From contig OZ024742.1 of assembly GCA_964016885.1 (NCBI GenBank), positions 145,576,001 through 145,640,000 on the forward strand: a stretch of DNA of 64,000 nucleotides. The letters are read 5' to 3'. The DNA is from Eledone cirrhosa (taxonomy: Eukaryota). The position numbers and the translations under genes are program-made. Of the stretch, positions 59,520-64,000 are shown piece after piece (within the stretch, counting starts at the first letter, position 1; each line of letters opens with the position of its first letter). The notes below the pieces were generated by a model. It was not told where the DNA came from and did no database searches. It saw only the letters and a program-made list of their open reading frames with translations.

Positions 59520-61450
59520 ATGATGATGATCATCATCATCACCGTTCTACATCAATACTTCCATGCTAGCATGGGTTAGACGGGTTGTCCTGTCGTGGGC
59601 AGTGTCCGGTCGGCTGACCTTGTCTTGCTCATACTGGAACTGATCCTGGCATGATTTCTACAGCTGGATGCCCTTCCTAACACCAACCTCATTTACAGTG
59701 AGTGTTGGGTGACTTCTTTCCGTGGCACCTCCACGTCCACTTTACAGTGTGGGCTGGGTGTTTTTTTGCCGTGGCACCTCTACGACCGACCACTTTGTAG
59801 TGTGTGTGTGTGTGTGTGTGGGGGGGAGGGGTCATATTGTCTATATGCTTCAGCTTTGGCTTGTACCCGTAGGAAGTCGGGTCTTCTGTATTACTGCATG
59901 ATGCCAGAGGTCATGGTCATGTGTCATCGCCTTTGATAGGTGCAATTGGGTAAGGTCGGCTTTTATCACCTCATCCCAGGCCTTCTTGGGTCTCCCCACT
60001 TCTAGTGCTCTGCACCTTTTTATGCAGCTGCCATCCTTCCTACGCATCACATGTCCATACCAACGCAAACTCTTCTCCTGCACACAGCATTTGATTTCTC
60101 TTATGCTCAGTCTCTCTCTCAATTCGTTTATGCTTTGCCGTTTGCGTATATTACTATTATACATCCACCGGAGTATGCAGGCTTCGTTTCTTTCTAATCT
60201 ATGTAAGTCTTCCACCTTCAGCGCCCAGATCTCACTACCATGTAGCATTGCTGTTTGTATGCACGCATCATACAGCCTGCTTTTCATTTTGAGGGAAAAG
60301 CCTTTTGCAGCTAGCAGTGACTGTAGCTCCCTGATCTTCTTCCACCCCGTTCTTACCCTGGTTACTGTACTTTCCGAACACCCACCTCCACTGTTAATTT
60401 GGTCATCTAGGTAGCAAAAGCTCTCTACTGTTTCTACAGAGCCCTCCCAGAGTTTGGTGGTGCTTGTTTCCTGTGGCCATTTGCTGCTTGTTGTCCCGGC
60501 GCAGCTGCTACATGTAAAGCCTACATTCTTAACTAAGCTTCCTGTGATCCCACTATATCTCTTGTGTACCCATTGTTTGTATTTGAGGCAGAGTATGGAG
60601 TTCCTACCTACACCTTTCCTACATACTGACCAAGACCATTTTTCTGAGGGGATGTGGGTTCTGTTTTCTCGACTACTTATGAGGACCTTAGTCTTTGTCA
60701 GGTTGACTTTGAGACCCTTTCTTTCTAGTCCCTGCTTCCATGTTTGGAATTTCTTCTCTAGTTCAACCATAGATTCAGCTATAAGTGTGAGATCATCCAC
60801 ATATAGGAGTTCCTATGGCCATCCGGTCTTAAACTCCTCTGTTATTGCCTGCAATACTATAATGAACAGGAGAGGGCAAGAACAGAGCCCTGGTGGACAC
60901 CGACCTGTATGCTAAATTCCTCGCTATAGCCATTGCTAACCCTAACTTTGCTGACTGCTTCCCTATACATGGCTTGTACAGCTTTTACAAGCCATTCATC
61001 TACTCCTAGGTTTCTAACAGCCCACCAGATTATAGCATCAGGCACTCTTTTTCCAGATCGACAAATGCCAGGTAGAGCAGCTTACTTTTAGCTAGGTACT
61101 TTTCCTGTAACTGCTTCACTAGGAAGACGGCATCAGTGGTGCCTTTTCCTGGTACAAACCCAAATTGTATCTCATCTAGTTTCACCCGGTCCCTAATCAA
61201 CTGTGCTACAACTCTTTCCGTTACTTTCAATACCTGGTCCATCAGCTTTATACCTCTATATTTTCCTCTATCTAGTGCATCACCTTTACCCTTGTAGCAG
61301 TTGACAATGATGCTGCTGCACCAATCCTTTGGTATAACACCCTCTAGTATTACCTGGTTAACAATACGTGTGGTTTTGGTGTGACCTACCGACCCAGATT
61401 CTTTCAGCATCTCGGCAGCTATACCCAATGACCAGTTGCCTTCCCAGTCT
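59520..61450 (-). mobile_element. RTE-clade LINE fragment (duplicate of 29084-31020)
   Basis: Near-identical ORFs; 18-nt deletion (NRKRGV missing). Confidence 0.9.
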
Positions 61451-61709
61451 TCATATGATAACATCCACAGTAATTATTTCAGTTTGAGAAGTCCTGCAAA
61501 TCTGATGAGATATTTACAACAAATGATATCTTCATAAAGGTCATTCATTTTGTGAAAGAATAATTTAAAATTTTCCATTATGAAATTTTAGCAACTATAT
61601 TTGCTAGAGTAATACCACAACACACTATTGCTATCTCCACCTGGTGTTAATTATGTAAAACTTTCATGTCAAATTACCTGAAATAAGAAGGAGATTTAGC
61701 TACATACAT

Positions 61710-61898
61710 TAATTGTTTCTACTTTAGGCACAAGGCCAGCAATCACCCAGTGCATTACTGGTACTTTATTTTATTGACCCCGTAAGGATGAAAGGCAAAG
61801 TCAACCTCGGCAGGATTTGAACTCAGATCGTAAAGGAACGTAACTATGCTGGAAAGCATGGCGTCCGACCCTCTACCGATACTGCCAATCCACCGCCC
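61710..61898 (-). mobile_element. tRNA-derived SINE (duplicate of 31281-31468)
   Basis: Same sequence and TSD. Confidence 0.88.
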
Positions 61899-62127
61899 TT
61901 TAGCTACACACATTAATGTTTATAACTTACTTTTAGTAAAATATTTGTAGTTGAATGCCTTCATTCCTGTAGCAATGATGTTGCATACACATATATATAA
62001 ATACATTAAATTTTCTCAAAGCAACCAAAGTGTATAATAAATTTATATCTGTACTTATATATTCAGAGATAATGAAGAGTACATAAATGTATGCGTGTAT
62101 ATATTTACACACACGTATATATAGGTG

Positions 62128-62574
62128 TACGAGGTGTGTCATAAAAGTTCCAGGACTGATGTCACAAAAGATTTATTTCAAACCCAAACTTCACACTAAG
62201 AGTTTTCTCCTTCAAAGTAATCCCCCTGGAGTATGTAACTGTAATCGTAGCTCTTTGCAGCGATCAAACTTTTTTCTTCATAATTTTATACACATGTCCT
62301 CTGTTTCAGGTCGTGAAGCAATGAGCACAGAGCAACGAACAAACTTGAAGTTTCTGGTACGGTTAGGGAAAACTCCGTCAGAAGCATTGGGATTGCTGCA
62401 GCAAGTGTATGGAGATGAGACGATGTCACGCTGACGTGTTTTTGAGTGGTGCAAGAGGTTTAAAGAAGGACATGAGGAAGTGGAAGATGACCCCAGGAGC
62501 AGAAGGCCCTCAACAACCAGGAGTGAGGTCAACGTTGAGCGTGTCAGGCAGATGGTGCGTAGCAATCGTTGGCT
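62128..62574 (+). mobile_element. Mariner 5' fragment (duplicate of 31698-32144)
   Basis: Near-identical sequence. Confidence 0.85.
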
Positions 62575-63078
62575 GACAGCGTGTGTAAATCGACCAGATA
62601 TACAGTCAACTAAACAGAATTAGGTGTAAAATAAACTAGGAGAAAAGTGAACATATTTAGTTACCTCTACCATGGTTTCGTCCGCATTGTAAGATATCCG
62701 ATAACATTGGACATGAAACCATGTTAGAGGTAACTAAATATGTTCACTTTTCTCCTAGTTTATTTTACACCTAATTCTGTTTAGTTGACTGTATATCTGG
62801 TCGATTTATACACGCTGTCGAAATACACGATAAATACTCCGTCGCAACCGCCGCGAAGGGCTGCTTTCGGTTATTTGTCAGAGATTTCTTCATAGAAGCG
62901 TTTATTCTTATAGCTTGGTCTAATCGATTTTTTATATGGTTAATTATGCTAATTGGGAGAGGAAACGGTATATATTTTATCTGGTGATTCTATAGACATG
63001 TTTTATGATATATAGCTCTTATTATTTAATTTATTAACTCTTCATTGAGCCACAAAGTGACCCATTGCAAAACACACG

Positions 63079-63147
<69 letters not shown>

Positions 63148-63773
63148 CTTTATATGTAATAATCTTCCGTTAGGTTGAGATACAATTTTGGCTGTATTGG
63201 GCTGCGCTTTCTAGCAAAAGGCCTCCAGCCGTAAGCAACTAATCACATTCTTTCTAACCTGACCGCTGCTACGTCACGATTCTTAGCCATTTTTGAATGT
63301 ATTCTTGGCGCGATCACTTTGGAAAATTAATTGTCTAAATTTGAGCTAACTCCAGAAGAGTCCGGTGCTCCAGATGTCCAATGTTATCGGATATCTTAAA
63401 ATGCGGACGAAACCATGGTAGAGGTAACTAAATATGTTCACTTTTCTCCTAGTTTATTTTACACCTAATTCTGTTTAGTTGACTGTATATCTGGTCTATT
63501 TATAGACGCTGTCGAAATACACGATAAATACTCCGCCGCAACCGCCGCGAAGGGCTGCTTTCGGTTATTTGTCGGGGATTTCTTCATAAAAGCCTTTATT
63601 CTTATGGCTTGGTCTAATCGATTTTTTATATGGTTAATTATGCTAATTGGGAGAGGAAACGGTATATATTTTATCTGGTGATTATATAGACATGTTGTAT
63701 GATATATAGCTCTGATTATTTAATTTATTAACTCTTCATTGAGCCACAAAGTGACCCATTGCAAAACACACAC

Positions 63774-63775
<2 letters not shown>
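62575..63775. mobile_element. Penelope-like terminal repeats: one inverted partial copy plus two direct copies separated by (TA)n
   Basis: Inverted arms 62575-62679 / 62715-62819; direct repeats start at 62715 and 63409. Confidence 0.7.
63350..63423 (+). ncRNA. Type I hammerhead ribozyme with one core substitution
   Basis: ctc-CAGAAGA-gtccg...agatgtcc..ggatatct...cggac-GAAA-ccatgg-TA-gag; U4 replaced by A. Confidence 0.6.
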
Positions 63776-63806
<31 letters not shown>

Positions 63807-64000
63807 TATAATGCCCTACTATTATGACATTTGCTCAATCAAAAAGAAAATGGAAACCACCTGAAAAAAAAAACAGCTCACATGGCTCAAGATCTGACTT
63901 GAATGAACATCAAAATTGCTACCTTGAGTGAAATAAGGCAAAATTGAATCAGGTTCCAGTTACACCACTTTTTTGGAAAGGAAGGGAGAGGTAGTAGGAA

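Larger units (their letters stand above)
52840..64000. repeat. Segmental tandem duplicate of about 22505-32870 (continues past the window end)
   Basis: Colinear near-identical exons, introns, SINEs, RTE, mariner and Penelope termini at an offset of about 29-31 kb. Confidence 0.95.

Overview
Eukaryotic, AT-rich, repeat-dense animal DNA. An octopus or related coleoid cephalopod is inferred from the single-exon CEICGK-type C2H2 gene, the SINE families and the microsatellite load; this is not confirmed by a search. Host genes, all on the minus strand: one single-exon C2H2 zinc-finger gene (1474-2976) and two near-identical tandem cytosolic sulfotransferase genes. Copy 1 has five coding exons (35247-24291, 289 aa by my exon assembly). 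Copy 2 has exons 2-5 in the window (59250-53409) and lies about 30 kb away in a segmental duplication. Most of the rest is transposon-derived: a near full-length Tx1/L1-group LINE inserted in a (TAA)n tract, R4/Dong-like, CRE-like, RTE, CR1-like and Gypsy fragments, several Penelope-like elements, about 15 tRNA-derived SINEs, and mariner/hAT/piggyBac-type MITEs. The most notable unannotated signals are (i) at least five apparently different type I hammerhead ribozyme motifs, two with a fully canonical core, mostly in Penelope-like termini that form large fold-backs, (ii) a (TAA)n landing site shared by unrelated LINE clades in opposite orientations, and (iii) paralog-specific rearrangements that order events after the sulfotransferase duplication. 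I see no convincing wholly new multi-gene system. The candidates are variants of known element classes. All coordinates were read by eye and element boundaries are approximate.
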